Assembly: GCA_018691345.1 (NCBI GenBank)
Contig: JABGTJ010000039.1
Coordinates: 33,074-97,073, forward strand
Source of the DNA: Methanobacteriota archaeon
Lineage (GTDB): Archaea; Thermoplasmatota; Poseidoniia; Poseidoniales; Poseidoniaceae
Reading direction: 5' to 3'
Length of the DNA stretch: 64,000 nt
Shown here: positions 23,785 to 33,347 of the stretch, in pieces
How positions within the stretch are numbered: the first letter of the stretch is position 1
Layout: each line of letters begins with the position of its first letter
The notes under the pieces: model-generated
Database searches by the model: none
The model's input: the letters and a program-made list of their open reading frames with translations, nothing else
Told to the model about the DNA's origin: nothing
Position numbers and translations under genes: made by a program

Positions 23785-24786
23785 ATGGCACGGGGTGGTC
23801 TGGACAGCGAAATCGCTCGCTTGAAGCACAGAGATGTGCGCCATCGAAGACGCGCTATACGGGTCTTGTTTGATACCGATATCCCTCGCGCACTGGAAGG
23901 ATTTGTCCCTCTGCTCAACGACAAGGATCCTTGGTTTCGCTCAAAAGCTCTTGAAGCCCATCGAAAGTGGGCCCCAAAACAAGGCATTGACTCGTTGCGA
24001 ACTCTAGCAACTCACACCTGGCTTGATGCTCGAAGGTGTGCTGCGAATCTGCTCGGTGATTTCTCTCAAGACACCACTGAAATCGCTCTCTTGCTGATTG
24101 AAGACGACGACTTAACATGCACCAGAAAGGCCGCTGAAGCTCTACTCAAAGGCGAGCAATCCATCAAGTATTCTTCCGAATTTCAATCTCATTCCGACAG
24201 TGCAATACGGCGTTTAGCTGTCTTGAGTAAAAGCGCTAATGCTGAGCACCGAACCGCTGCTTTGGCCGACGAATCAAACAGCGTCAGTGAAGCGGCCATA
24301 CAAGCCGTAGTTGACAACGGTGAAACACTTACTGAAGACAGCATGAAGAAAATCCTCAAGCGTGGTCTCAGCACCAAACCATTGCTTTCTTCTGCTGTTC
24401 AAAACGCTGGAGAGGTCTTGGTTGAAATCGCTGCGAATGCTGATGGTCAAACGATGAAAACACTGGTGAAAGAACTGCGTAGTCAGTGTGACTCGTTGGA
24501 AGATGACGCACTCCAAGTACTGTTGAAAAATGAAATGTATGCTGTTGTTGGACGATGGATGCAGGGTAAGAAAAGTCAAGAAATCGATGCATTACGATGG
24601 AAGATCGTTCGTGACAATTCGGTCGATGTGATTGAACGTGCTCGATTACTGGAGCGTCTTATTGGCCGATGCGGTGAAGTTGAAATCGCTGAAGAAAACC
24701 GACGTTTCCTTGATGAATGCACGGATGAATTACTCCGTATTTCAGCAGAGAACCTTTCTACCGCCTCCACTGAACTGGGTCTATGA
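23785..24786 (+). CDS. HEAT/PBS-lyase-like repeat protein
   Basis: The sequence is helical-repeat throughout, with the DKDPWFRSKALEA motif typical of HEAT_2 repeats. There are no catalytic motifs. Confidence 0.5.
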   Translation: MARGGLDSEIARLKHRDVRHRRRAIRVLFDTDIPRALEGFVPLLNDKDPWFRSKALEAHRKWAPKQGIDSLRTLATHTWLDARRCAANLLGDFSQDTTEIALLLIEDDDLTCTRKAAEALLKGEQSIKYSSEFQSHSDSAIRRLAVLSKSANAEHRTAALADESNSVSEAAIQAVVDNGETLTEDSMKKILKRGLSTKPLLSSAVQNAGEVLVEIAANADGQTMKTLVKELRSQCDSLEDDALQVLLKNEMYAVVGRWMQGKKSQEIDALRWKIVRDNSVDVIERARLLERLIGRCGEVEIAEENRRFLDECTDELLRISAENLSTASTELGL

Positions 24787-26618
24787 GCCGCCAATCCTCA
24801 GGCATCCGCTTCCTTATCGACGCAACAGAAGGTGATTCTCGACGTTTGTCCGTCGGCATCCAAATTAACGGACCTTTCACTTCATCAACCCTCACGATGC
24901 ATTTTCCTCGATGGGTTCCTGGTTCCTACTTCTTACGTGAACCGATTCAACATATGACGGAGTTTGTGGCGACCGACCAATCCGGAAAGGAGCTTTCTGC
25001 ATCACGGAAAGATGTTGACGCCATGCGCATCAAACTCTCTCCATCGACGACCAGCGTCATGCTGACCTATCGGCTACTAGCGGTCGACCTCTCTGTTCGT
25101 GCAAATCATTTGGACACCACCCATTTGCACATGATGCCACCCTTTACGTGGTTCATGCCGACTGAAGGAATTGATTCATCCCGAATGAATATGGAACATA
25201 TCGTTGAATTGCATTCACCGAAAGGTTGGACGGCTGCAACGCAATACACCTCGACTGGAAACCGTTCTGGGAAAGGTGAACTGACCTCGAATCAAGGCAC
25301 AACGCATTGTTTTACCTCTCCAAGCCGTGATGAATTCCTCGACGCTATTATCGAATGCAATCCAAATCCGATGGATTCTTGGGTCGTTGATGGGCGAACG
25401 CACCACCTCAAATTATGGGACAGTGGAGGACATTCCATTGATGCAGGAATGCTTGAGCGATTCAAAGAAGACATGGACCGAATAGTCAAAGAACACCATG
25501 CATTGTTTGGCATCCCCTCATGGGATCATTACGTGACCGTCATCCATCTTACTGAGAACATGAGGGGTGGACTTGAACATCTCAATTCACAAACTTCGAT
25601 GCTCCCTCGACAATGCCTCATACCAGGCCATGAAGATGAGTACCGAGACTTGGTGAGCCTGTACAGCCATGAATACCTCCACCAGTGGAACGTGAAGCGA
25701 TTACGCCCTCGAAACTTCCTCGATTATGATTTGCAACGTGAAGGCCACTCCGATTTATTATGGTGGTTTGAAGGTGGAACCTCATGGCTAGGCGACATGT
25801 TGTGTGTTCGCTCTGGAGCATGGTCGGAAGAAGACTGGCGTAAGGATTTCATGCGCAAGATGAAACGCCATACCTCTCGCCACGGTATGGACAGTGAATC
25901 ATTATCTGAATCAAGCCATGATGCATGGATTCACTTGTATCGAGGACACGCCTTCTCAAGAGAGACTCAAATCTCCTACTACCTTGAAGGAGAATTAGCA
26001 CTGATGCAATTGGATTCAGAATTACGACGTCGGTCCAAAGGAGAGGTCGGTGTCTGCGACTTAACTGCAGAGTTGTGCCGTAAACATGCTCTAGAATACG
26101 AAGGCGTCGAGCGCCTTGGCGTGACCTACAAAGACATTCGGCGAACTTTAACCTCCATGAAAGGAGGCCGGCAATTAGGCTCGATGCTCGATGCTTTGAT
26201 GCACGAGAGAAAAGCACCTGATATGGAGGCTACAATGGCCTATTTCGGACTTCAACTGGTTGCTGAAAAGGAAGTTAAAGAAGGGGAGGAGAAGCATGGA
26301 TGGCTTGGAGTGAACCTCTCGACTAAAGGTGGCAAAGTTATCGTGTCCTCCCACATGAGCGGCTCACCCGTACGTCAATGCGTCATGCCAAGTGACGAGA
26401 TTATCGCCGTTAATGGGGTGCGGACGTCATCACTTAATGGCTTGAAGACTTCACTCAAAAACAAAGCTGGAACGGATGTTGAATTGACGATATCCCACGA
26501 AGGAATCGTGCATCGACATACCGTCAAGCTCGTATCTGCTCCACAGCATGGTGTGAAATTAGAAGGGAAAGGAAACGCCAGATGGAGAGCCTACCTCGCT
26601 ACTCGTCAATCCGAATGA
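24783..26618 (+). CDS. M61-family glycyl aminopeptidase with a C-terminal PDZ domain
   Basis: Has the LYSHEYLHQWNVKRLRP HEXXH-W motif typical of M61 and a C-terminal PDZ-like segment LGVNLSTKGGKVIVSSHMSGSPVRQCVMPSDEIIAVNG. It overlaps the upstream gene through an ATGA start/stop. Confidence 0.75.
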   Translation: MSRQSSGIRFLIDATEGDSRRLSVGIQINGPFTSSTLTMHFPRWVPGSYFLREPIQHMTEFVATDQSGKELSASRKDVDAMRIKLSPSTTSVMLTYRLLAVDLSVRANHLDTTHLHMMPPFTWFMPTEGIDSSRMNMEHIVELHSPKGWTAATQYTSTGNRSGKGELTSNQGTTHCFTSPSRDEFLDAIIECNPNPMDSWVVDGRTHHLKLWDSGGHSIDAGMLERFKEDMDRIVKEHHALFGIPSWDHYVTVIHLTENMRGGLEHLNSQTSMLPRQCLIPGHEDEYRDLVSLYSHEYLHQWNVKRLRPRNFLDYDLQREGHSDLLWWFEGGTSWLGDMLCVRSGAWSEEDWRKDFMRKMKRHTSRHGMDSESLSESSHDAWIHLYRGHAFSRETQISYYLEGELALMQLDSELRRRSKGEVGVCDLTAELCRKHALEYEGVERLGVTYKDIRRTLTSMKGGRQLGSMLDALMHERKAPDMEATMAYFGLQLVAEKEVKEGEEKHGWLGVNLSTKGGKVIVSSHMSGSPVRQCVMPSDEIIAVNGVRTSSLNGLKTSLKNKAGTDVELTISHEGIVHRHTVKLVSAPQHGVKLEGKGNARWRAYLATRQSE

Positions 26619-27037
26619 GACGGTTCGTGCTGTTCAAGTATCTCCAACGGCACATGGATTGGGGGCAAGTGATCGGCGATGGTGTGACGGCTTGTCTTCG
26701 GAGGGTAAACGTTGCCTGAAAGGCACATGTCAATGACTTCTTGCTTGGTAATCGATTTGAGTTCTGAAGCAGGCCAAACATCGACTTCAATTCTCTCGTC
26801 CGCCAAATAATCAACACAGATTGCCGGAACCCGAGCCAAGTTGAGTTCGCCGGCGATCGAGTAACGATGGTGGCCGTCCAAGATAGCACCTGTTCGCTTA
26901 TCAACAATCAGCGGCTTGGTAAAGCCGCCCCATCGCTTGGTCATTTCAAGTAACTTGTCGCGATTGCGTGGCTTGATTTCTTCATGCGGCTTAAGCCATT
27001 CATACGGCACCAAGTGAACTTCTTCATCATCCCACAT
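26606..27037 (-). CDS. ParB/sulfiredoxin-like nuclease-domain protein
   Basis: The sequence LKPHEEIKPRNRDKLLEMTKRWGGFTKPLIVDKRTGAILDGHHRYSIAGELNLARVP matches the ParB N-terminal domain signature ...DGHHR.... It is 143 aa. Its 3' end overlaps the M61 gene by 13 nt, in convergent orientation. Confidence 0.6.
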   Translation of the reverse strand: MWDDEEVHLVPYEWLKPHEEIKPRNRDKLLEMTKRWGGFTKPLIVDKRTGAILDGHHRYSIAGELNLARVPAICVDYLADERIEVDVWPASELKSITKQEVIDMCLSGNVYPPKTSRHTIADHLPPIHVPLEILEQHEPSHSD

Positions 27038-27113
27038 TGAGCCCTTCGAACGGCTCTTCTGCGATAATGCTTTGTCTGTTATGCGCCCCCATTCATTGTA
27101 AAGGAGGGGGCTT

Positions 27114-28481
27114 ATGCGAATCGAAGGATGGCCGTTGCCGGCTTTAGAAGCAGATGTACCCGCTCTTGAATGCCCTGCGCATGTGCTTCAATGGATTGAA
27201 GCACTCCCTTCTGAAATCCGAGATATTGTTTCAACTGTAGCACAAAATGGAGGTGGAATTTGGATTGTTGGCGGTGCAGTGCGAGACGTTTGTCTTGGTT
27301 TAGAAGTTCATGACGTTGATTTCGCCGTATCACTTGAACCCGAACATATGATGAAAATATTTCCAGATGCCATACCTACAGGCATCGATTTTGGTACTGT
27401 GAGTTTGAGAGGTAAGGAAGCGTTCTATGAAGCAACGACGCTTCGAATCGAAAGCAACTACACAGATGGTCGTAGACCTGAACAGGTTAGGTGGGGCACA
27501 TCCCTGTCCGAGGATTTGGAACGCAGAGATTTCACGATTAATGCGATGGCTATCGATGTGGCTCGTAAAGTGATGCATGACCCTCACCATGGCCTTCAAG
27601 ACATGGAAAGAGGATTGATTCGAGCTGTCGGTCAAGCGTACGGCAGACTTTCTGAAGACGCTTTGAGAATCCTTCGCGCTTACCGCTTTTTAGACCGTGG
27701 AAAGGCAGGGATATGGGATTTTGACTTTGAACTCGGTGAAGCACTGCGTCAAAATGCGCATAAATTGAAAGTCGTGACCAATGAACGGATTTGGATGGAA
27801 TGGCACAAAATATTGAACGGCCGGAACGTTGCTAAAGTCGTTGAGAAAATGGCCCATGATGGAGTTCTCGATACCTTTTTGCCAGGCCACTGGGCATCTC
27901 AACATGCACTCCTTTCGGCACTTCAGCACCCGTATGTGCACGACTTTGACGGCCTCACTCGCTTTGCCCTTCTGCTCTGTGAATCTTTTTCTATAGAGGT
28001 AGATGAAGCATTAACCGAACTGAAACTCTCCAAAAAAGAGCGACACTACATTTTGGACCTGCACCAACGGTTTGGCCAACTCCCCAAGAACTCTATCTCC
28101 AGCCTTCGAGTGTTCCGAGCAGTACTGGAAGACAAAGCGGAGTTGCACCTCCAACTCGAAGTGGTCACTCGCAGCCATAACCTCTCACCGTCAATGGGTG
28201 GAAGCGAGGAAAAGGTAGACGATGTCTATGCGTTATTGGAACAATTGGAGGAATTACCGCCTCTACAAAGTGGCCACTCCTCTCTGGTGGACGGGCATTG
28301 GATTATGCAAAGAACAGGGCTACTCAAAGGCCGTGCTCTTGGAAAATTGAAGGGTTGGCTTCACAGATTACAGATCGAACGTGACTTGGCAAGCGAAGAA
28401 GAAGTAGAGGACGTTCTCTGTTCGCTTCATTGGATTGAAGAAAATTATCTTGATTGGCCAGTTTTACAATTTCCCGAATGA
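27114..28481 (+). CDS. cca: Class II (bacterial/eukaryotic-type) tRNA nucleotidyltransferase / poly(A) polymerase family protein
   Basis: The head-domain motifs GGAVRDVCLGLEVHDVDFAV and ERRDFTINAMA are present. Length is 455 aa. A GGAGGGGG ribosome-binding site lies upstream. Confidence 0.75.
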   Translation: MRIEGWPLPALEADVPALECPAHVLQWIEALPSEIRDIVSTVAQNGGGIWIVGGAVRDVCLGLEVHDVDFAVSLEPEHMMKIFPDAIPTGIDFGTVSLRGKEAFYEATTLRIESNYTDGRRPEQVRWGTSLSEDLERRDFTINAMAIDVARKVMHDPHHGLQDMERGLIRAVGQAYGRLSEDALRILRAYRFLDRGKAGIWDFDFELGEALRQNAHKLKVVTNERIWMEWHKILNGRNVAKVVEKMAHDGVLDTFLPGHWASQHALLSALQHPYVHDFDGLTRFALLLCESFSIEVDEALTELKLSKKERHYILDLHQRFGQLPKNSISSLRVFRAVLEDKAELHLQLEVVTRSHNLSPSMGGSEEKVDDVYALLEQLEELPPLQSGHSSLVDGHWIMQRTGLLKGRALGKLKGWLHRLQIERDLASEEEVEDVLCSLHWIEENYLDWPVLQFPE

Positions 28482-28517
28482 TGTTGGCATCAAGTTGATG
28501 AACAGGAATGACTTCCT

Positions 28518-29819
28518 ATGACTATGCAAGGCGGGACAATCAAGGATAAGGCCTTGGAAAAAATCGGCCAAAAACTCCTGAGCAAAGGATTCAATCTTTC
28601 TTCCTTGAACGACAAAGAGTTGGCTGAAGTCGCAGTTCGGTTCACTGGAGACAGTCCTCCAGCACACATTCCGAGAGAGACGGTCATTGAGATATTGGCG
28701 CAGCAAGATTCAGTAAAACAATGGGCGCAATCAATCAAACAAAACATTGCACCTAGTGCAAAAGGTGCCGTCACTGAACAGATCCGTAACCGTGTAGACA
28801 CCGTACAAGCTACGGTGTCCAAGAAAATAGAATCCGACCCTATGGCGGCTAAAATGGCAGACAACTTTGGTAAATGGCTCAAGGACTCGGGCTATACTAC
28901 TGCACAACTCACGCAAATGCTCGATTCAAATTCGGACATGTACATTTCCAACGATGAAGCAATGAAGTTTGTTCGAGAAATCTCCAAGACTGAACCACCT
29001 CAATGGGTCATCGACTCGTTGATGAAAATTATGGACTCAAACGATGATGGCCGGCTATCGGTGGAGGAATGGTGGGTGTTCCTCGAATCAATTGGGTTTG
29101 AAAAAGCACCTGAAACAGCCACTGAGGTTGAAGAAGAAATCAATGATGATGAATTTGGAGACCTTGAGGAAGAATTTCAAGGCGAAACAAAGTCGATTGA
29201 AGAACTCAAAAAAGACCAACAAGAAGCCGCTCGTATTATGGCAGAAGCCAATAATGAGGCTGCTGAAAGAATCAAAAGGCAGGAAGAAGAACTAAAGAAA
29301 ACAATGGCCAGTGTATCCGTCGAAGAAGTAACGCAAGAAATCGATGATTCTGCTCGAGAAATTGCTTCTGCCGTCGGAATTGCAAGCGTGAGTGCTGCTT
29401 CTGTTGCATCTCAAGTCGATGAGGAGGCAGTCGCTGTCCGAGTGCCCGTCACTGATGGTTCCATTTCATGGGAAATTGAAAATCCGAATGAGATTATGAT
29501 TGAGAGATTAGAACAATCGCGTCTTTCAAGCGAGGCTGATGCGATTATTGCTGAGTGTTACGAACATCTTTGCGCCCTTCGAGTCGAAGAAGTCGAGCGT
29601 ACACTGCTTGCAAAGGATGAGTTCCGTGGTGGCTACACCATCGTAGGTGAATTCGATGGCGGCCCATTCTCCGCTGGAGTGATGTTCCCTGAATCAGAAA
29701 ACGACACGATACTCGCATTCAAGATTGGTACGACAATCAGCTGCGTCGGGAAAATCGTGAAATGGTCCAGTGGAAGAAGGCAAGCGGTTCTCAAAGGAAG
29801 AGACCCTGTTCTGCGCTGA
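28518..29819 (+). CDS. EF-hand pair protein with an acidic coiled-coil linker and an uncharacterised C-terminal domain
   Basis: Two EF-hand loops: DSNSDMYISNDE (residues 136-147) and DSNDDGRLSVEE (residues 173-184, a canonical D-x-N-x-D-G-x-L-x-x-x-E). Both are flanked by amphipathic helices (TQMLDSN..EAMKFV, IDSLMKIM..EEWWVFLESIG). These are followed by an E/K-rich coiled coil and a ~120-aa C-terminal domain. Confidence 0.6.
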   Translation: MTMQGGTIKDKALEKIGQKLLSKGFNLSSLNDKELAEVAVRFTGDSPPAHIPRETVIEILAQQDSVKQWAQSIKQNIAPSAKGAVTEQIRNRVDTVQATVSKKIESDPMAAKMADNFGKWLKDSGYTTAQLTQMLDSNSDMYISNDEAMKFVREISKTEPPQWVIDSLMKIMDSNDDGRLSVEEWWVFLESIGFEKAPETATEVEEEINDDEFGDLEEEFQGETKSIEELKKDQQEAARIMAEANNEAAERIKRQEEELKKTMASVSVEEVTQEIDDSAREIASAVGIASVSAASVASQVDEEAVAVRVPVTDGSISWEIENPNEIMIERLEQSRLSSEADAIIAECYEHLCALRVEEVERTLLAKDEFRGGYTIVGEFDGGPFSAGVMFPESENDTILAFKIGTTISCVGKIVKWSSGRRQAVLKGRDPVLR

Positions 29820-29820
29820 A

Positions 29821-31023
29821 TCACTTGAGAGCTCGAGCAATAACGATTCGTTGAACTTCTTGGGTTCCTTCGTAAATCTGTGTAATCTTTGCATCTCGGA
29901 AGAAACGTTCGACTGGGAACTCCTTCGTGTAGCCATAGCCACCCAAAACTTGTATGGCTCGTTCTGAAACCCACATTGCCGTATCGCCCGCATACAACTT
30001 CGCCATGCTGGCTTCCTTCGAATGTCGGGGCCCGTTATGTTCGTAGTGCTGTTGTTTTACCCATGAGGCGCGATATACCAAAAGGCGAGCCGCATCAATA
30101 CGTGTGGCCATGTCGGCTAAATACGCCATTATCATTTGATGATAAGCGATTGGTTTTCCGAATGCTTCACGCTCATGAGCGTACTGAAGGGCCGCTTCAT
30201 AAGCCCCTTGGGCGATGCCGAGCGCCTGAGCTGCGATGCCTATGCGACTGTTATCCAAAGCGTTCATAGCAATCGGGAATCCTTTGCCGACACCCTTCAA
30301 AACATTCTCGACAGGAACCTTACAGTCTTCCAGAATGAGCGTACATGTGTCCGATGAACGGATGCCAAGTTTGTCTTCCTTTTTGCCAACTGAAAATCCT
30401 TCGAACGAAGAATCGACGATGAATGCAGTTGAACCACCGTGTTTCTTGACGCCGTAGTCTGGGTGATCGACATCCTTTGCGAACAGGACCAAGATTTGAG
30501 CCTGTGCCCCGTTTGTGACCCACATTTTCTCGCCGTTAAGAAGGAAGTGCTTACCGTCATCGGAGAGTTTTGCCTTGCAAATCATTGCCGCTGCATCCGT
30601 CCCTGCTCCTGCTTCCGAGAGAGAATAGGCACCGACATCACCTGCAGCCAAACGTGTGAGATACTGCTCTTTTTGCGCTTCGCTACCATGCAGCGCAATG
30701 GTTTTGGCACAGAGTCCAACATGGACACAGTACATCACTGCGAAAGATGGGTCAACTCGGGCGAGTTCTTCAACGATGATGGATTCAGAAATATCATCGA
30801 CAGGAGAACCGCCGTACTGTTCAGGAATGGTGACGCCTTGAAGTCCGAAATCGAGGAACTCTTGCCACTCTGCCGCCGGAGGTATCTGATTTTGATCGCG
30901 ATGTTCAACTGTAGGTGCGAGTACACTTTCAGCAAAATCCCGTACGAGTTCGCGAATCATTTGCTGTTCATCGGTTTCGGCATAATCCATAGGCGACCAA
31001 AGGGTGCTAAAACGCCGACTCAC
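29821..31023 (-). CDS. Acyl-CoA dehydrogenase
   Basis: Full-length ACAD homology, including MYCVHVGLCAKTIALHGSEAQKEQYL, AYSLSEAGAGTDAAAM and the C-terminal QIYEGTQEVQRIVIARALK. The true start is probably MDYAETDEQQ. Confidence 0.85.
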   Translation of the reverse strand: MSRRFSTLWSPMDYAETDEQQMIRELVRDFAESVLAPTVEHRDQNQIPPAAEWQEFLDFGLQGVTIPEQYGGSPVDDISESIIVEELARVDPSFAVMYCVHVGLCAKTIALHGSEAQKEQYLTRLAAGDVGAYSLSEAGAGTDAAAMICKAKLSDDGKHFLLNGEKMWVTNGAQAQILVLFAKDVDHPDYGVKKHGGSTAFIVDSSFEGFSVGKKEDKLGIRSSDTCTLILEDCKVPVENVLKGVGKGFPIAMNALDNSRIGIAAQALGIAQGAYEAALQYAHEREAFGKPIAYHQMIMAYLADMATRIDAARLLVYRASWVKQQHYEHNGPRHSKEASMAKLYAGDTAMWVSERAIQVLGGYGYTKEFPVERFFRDAKITQIYEGTQEVQRIVIARALK

Positions 31024-31111
31024 TTAACCCGTTTGTCGTATTTACCTGAAACCAAAATATGCCTCAGATTCATATACAATGGGGTTCGGGCCGTTTTAAG
31101 GATGTGTAACC

Positions 31112-31513
31112 ATGGACGATGAAGTGGTAGAATTCAGCGTAGCCCACAATAGAAAATATTCTCGAGACCACCTTTGGTATCAAGAGAAAGACGAACGCTT
31201 GATGATTGGCGTCAGCGAGTTTCTCGCTGTTGAAATCGGAGAAGTCTTGCGAGTCATTCTCCCGCAAGCAGAATACGAAATCGACGAAGGTCGAGACATG
31301 TTCTCGATTTGGACAGCAGAAGAAAAAGTAGCTTTCCCATCGCAATACTCGGGAATAATTGCTGAAGTGAACGGCGAAGTCGAAATCAATCCCGACCTTG
31401 TCAACGATTCCGCATACGACCATGGATGGATTATCATCATCGAACCTCACGAAATGGACCTCGAGAATCTCCTCGACCCTGATGAGTACGTCGAGTACCT
31501 TGCTGAACTTTGA
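31112..31513 (+). CDS. gcvH: Glycine-cleavage H-protein family (lipoyl-carrier-like) protein
   Basis: 133 aa with HLWYQEKDERLMIGVSEFLAVEIGEV...AEEKVAFPSQYSGIIAEVN...DHGWIIIIE. The K in AEEKVA is in the lipoyl-lysine position. Confidence 0.6.
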   Translation: MDDEVVEFSVAHNRKYSRDHLWYQEKDERLMIGVSEFLAVEIGEVLRVILPQAEYEIDEGRDMFSIWTAEEKVAFPSQYSGIIAEVNGEVEINPDLVNDSAYDHGWIIIIEPHEMDLENLLDPDEYVEYLAEL

Positions 31514-31549
31514 GTAAAGGTCATACCCCGTCACTCAAAGCCATGTTGC

Positions 31550-32128
31550 ATGACGGATGCAATGAATCGACTTCGAGAGAGCCTGCGTAACGCCCCTGTC
31601 ATTTGGAAAGGGGATTATCCATACTTCATTCACCCCATTACTGATGGCGTTCCTCGACTCGACCCGATGGTACTCAAAGCAGTGACTGACCTGTGCGAGA
31701 AAGCCATTGATTGGAACGGTGTCGACCTTATCCTTGGCATTGAAGCAATGGGGTTGCCCCTAACTGCACCCCTGAGTGTTCGGACGGGGATTCCGTTGAT
31801 TATCGCCAGAAAACGCTCCTATGGCCTCGAAGGAGAAGTTACCATCGGACAAGAAACTGGTTATTCCAAAGGCGAAATGTTCCTCAATGACATGAAGCCT
31901 GGTGAAAAGGTCGTTATTGTTGACGATGTACTTTCAACGGGTGGTACGCTCAAAGCAGTTCTTGAAGGAGTACGTCGAACCGGCGCCCAAGTCACGCACA
32001 TCATCGCTGTGGTCGAAAAAGGACCGGGTTTAGCACTCCTACAAGCCGAATACCCAGAAGTTGCCATCGAATCTTTAGTGCGCCTTGAAATGGACGGAGC
32101 GCGTATTGTTTTACTCGACGAGGAATGA
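31550..32128 (+). CDS. Purine phosphoribosyltransferase (archaeal HGPRT/APRT-like)
   Basis: The PRPP-binding motif VVIVDDVLSTGGTL is present. Length is 192 aa. Confidence 0.65.
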   Translation: MTDAMNRLRESLRNAPVIWKGDYPYFIHPITDGVPRLDPMVLKAVTDLCEKAIDWNGVDLILGIEAMGLPLTAPLSVRTGIPLIIARKRSYGLEGEVTIGQETGYSKGEMFLNDMKPGEKVVIVDDVLSTGGTLKAVLEGVRRTGAQVTHIIAVVEKGPGLALLQAEYPEVAIESLVRLEMDGARIVLLDEE

Positions 32129-32134
32129 CGTTCC

Positions 32135-33295
32135 TTGAAGGGTGGATTGATGAGGGAGTGGCGTTCAGGTCATACTGGGGAAGGCATGGATTTAGACCGT
32201 CACGATTTTCAATTGACCGAATTAATGGAACGAATTCAAGCGAATGATAATCGCTTGATTGCTCTTCAAGTCCCCGAAGGACTGAAAATGCAAGCCCTCG
32301 AAATGATGGACTCCATCGAATCCGAAACCAGTGCAAAGGTGATCTTGGCCGCTGACCCGTGTTACGGTGCTTGTGATTTGGTCCACGATAAGATGCAGAT
32401 GATGGGCGTCGAACTGGTCGCTCACATGGGTCATTCACAGATGAACATCGATTCAGGAATGCCGACGCAATTCATTGACGTCACCTACGACGGAGACCCT
32501 GAACTCAAACCAGTACTTGCTTACTTAGAGGCTCACAGAGCAATGGCGCGTGAACGAATGCACAACCAACCAACCTCTGAAGCACTGTCTGAGGAGGATG
32601 CACAAGACCGGTTTATGGACGCAGTTGGGCGACTTGCCCCACTCACTGGTACGAAACTTGGCTTGGTTGGTTCAATCCAACACTTGCACCTGCTCCCCGA
32701 GTTCCATGACCGATTGGAGGAAGCAGGCTTTGAAGTCGAAATCCCAATTGGTGGTGCACGGCTGTCTTTCCCAGGACAAGTCCTCGGTTGCAATTATTCT
32801 GGCGATGATGATTCCATTGGGCACTACCTTTTCCTTGGGTCAGGCGACTTCCATCCGATTGGATTGGTACTTCACACTGGAAAGCCATTGGCAATGCTTG
32901 ATCCGTACACGGGCGATGCTGAAGAGATGTCTCTTGAACGAATTGAACGCATCCTCCGCCAGCGATTCGGTCTGATTATGGCTTCAGGAGAAGCACAACG
33001 TTTCGGCATCCTCATCGGAGAAAAGCCAGGACAGATGCGTCGTAGCTTGGCTCTGAGAATGAAACGCCTGCTCGAAAAGCACGGTAAGAAAGGATATTTG
33101 CTCGCTCTTGAGCACGTAGGACCTGACCTGATTGACTTCTATCCAGTGGATGCATTCGTGAACACGGCTTGCCCGCGAATTGCGATTGATGACGCTGTTC
33201 GTTACCAAAAGCCACTCATCACGCCTTTCGAGTTGGAAGTTGCTCTAGGCGAAAAGAAATGGGAAACTGGCTATCAATTCGACGAGATACCCTGA
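32135..33295 (+). CDS. dph2: Diphthamide synthesis radical-SAM enzyme Dph2 (2-(3-amino-3-carboxypropyl)histidine synthase)
   Basis: Motifs ALQVPEGL, ILAADPCYGACD, HMGHS and VNTACPRIAIDD match the three-Cys Dph2 family. Confidence 0.8.
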   Translation: MKGGLMREWRSGHTGEGMDLDRHDFQLTELMERIQANDNRLIALQVPEGLKMQALEMMDSIESETSAKVILAADPCYGACDLVHDKMQMMGVELVAHMGHSQMNIDSGMPTQFIDVTYDGDPELKPVLAYLEAHRAMARERMHNQPTSEALSEEDAQDRFMDAVGRLAPLTGTKLGLVGSIQHLHLLPEFHDRLEEAGFEVEIPIGGARLSFPGQVLGCNYSGDDDSIGHYLFLGSGDFHPIGLVLHTGKPLAMLDPYTGDAEEMSLERIERILRQRFGLIMASGEAQRFGILIGEKPGQMRRSLALRMKRLLEKHGKKGYLLALEHVGPDLIDFYPVDAFVNTACPRIAIDDAVRYQKPLITPFELEVALGEKKWETGYQFDEIP

Positions 33296-33325
33296 GTGAC
33301 AACTGTTTTACTCGCAATTCACGCT

Positions 33326-33344
33326 GTTTCCGACGAAAGGAAAC
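33326..33344. promoter_or_regulatory. Inverted repeat GTTTCC-N7-GGAAAC immediately (3 nt) upstream of the orc1 start codon
   Basis: The sequence ctGTTTCCgacgaaaGGAAACcgtATG can be read directly. Its half-sites resemble the TTCC..GGAA cores of archaeal origin recognition boxes. It may be an Orc1 autoregulatory site or a 5' stem-loop. Confidence 0.35.
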
Positions 33345-33347
33345 CGT

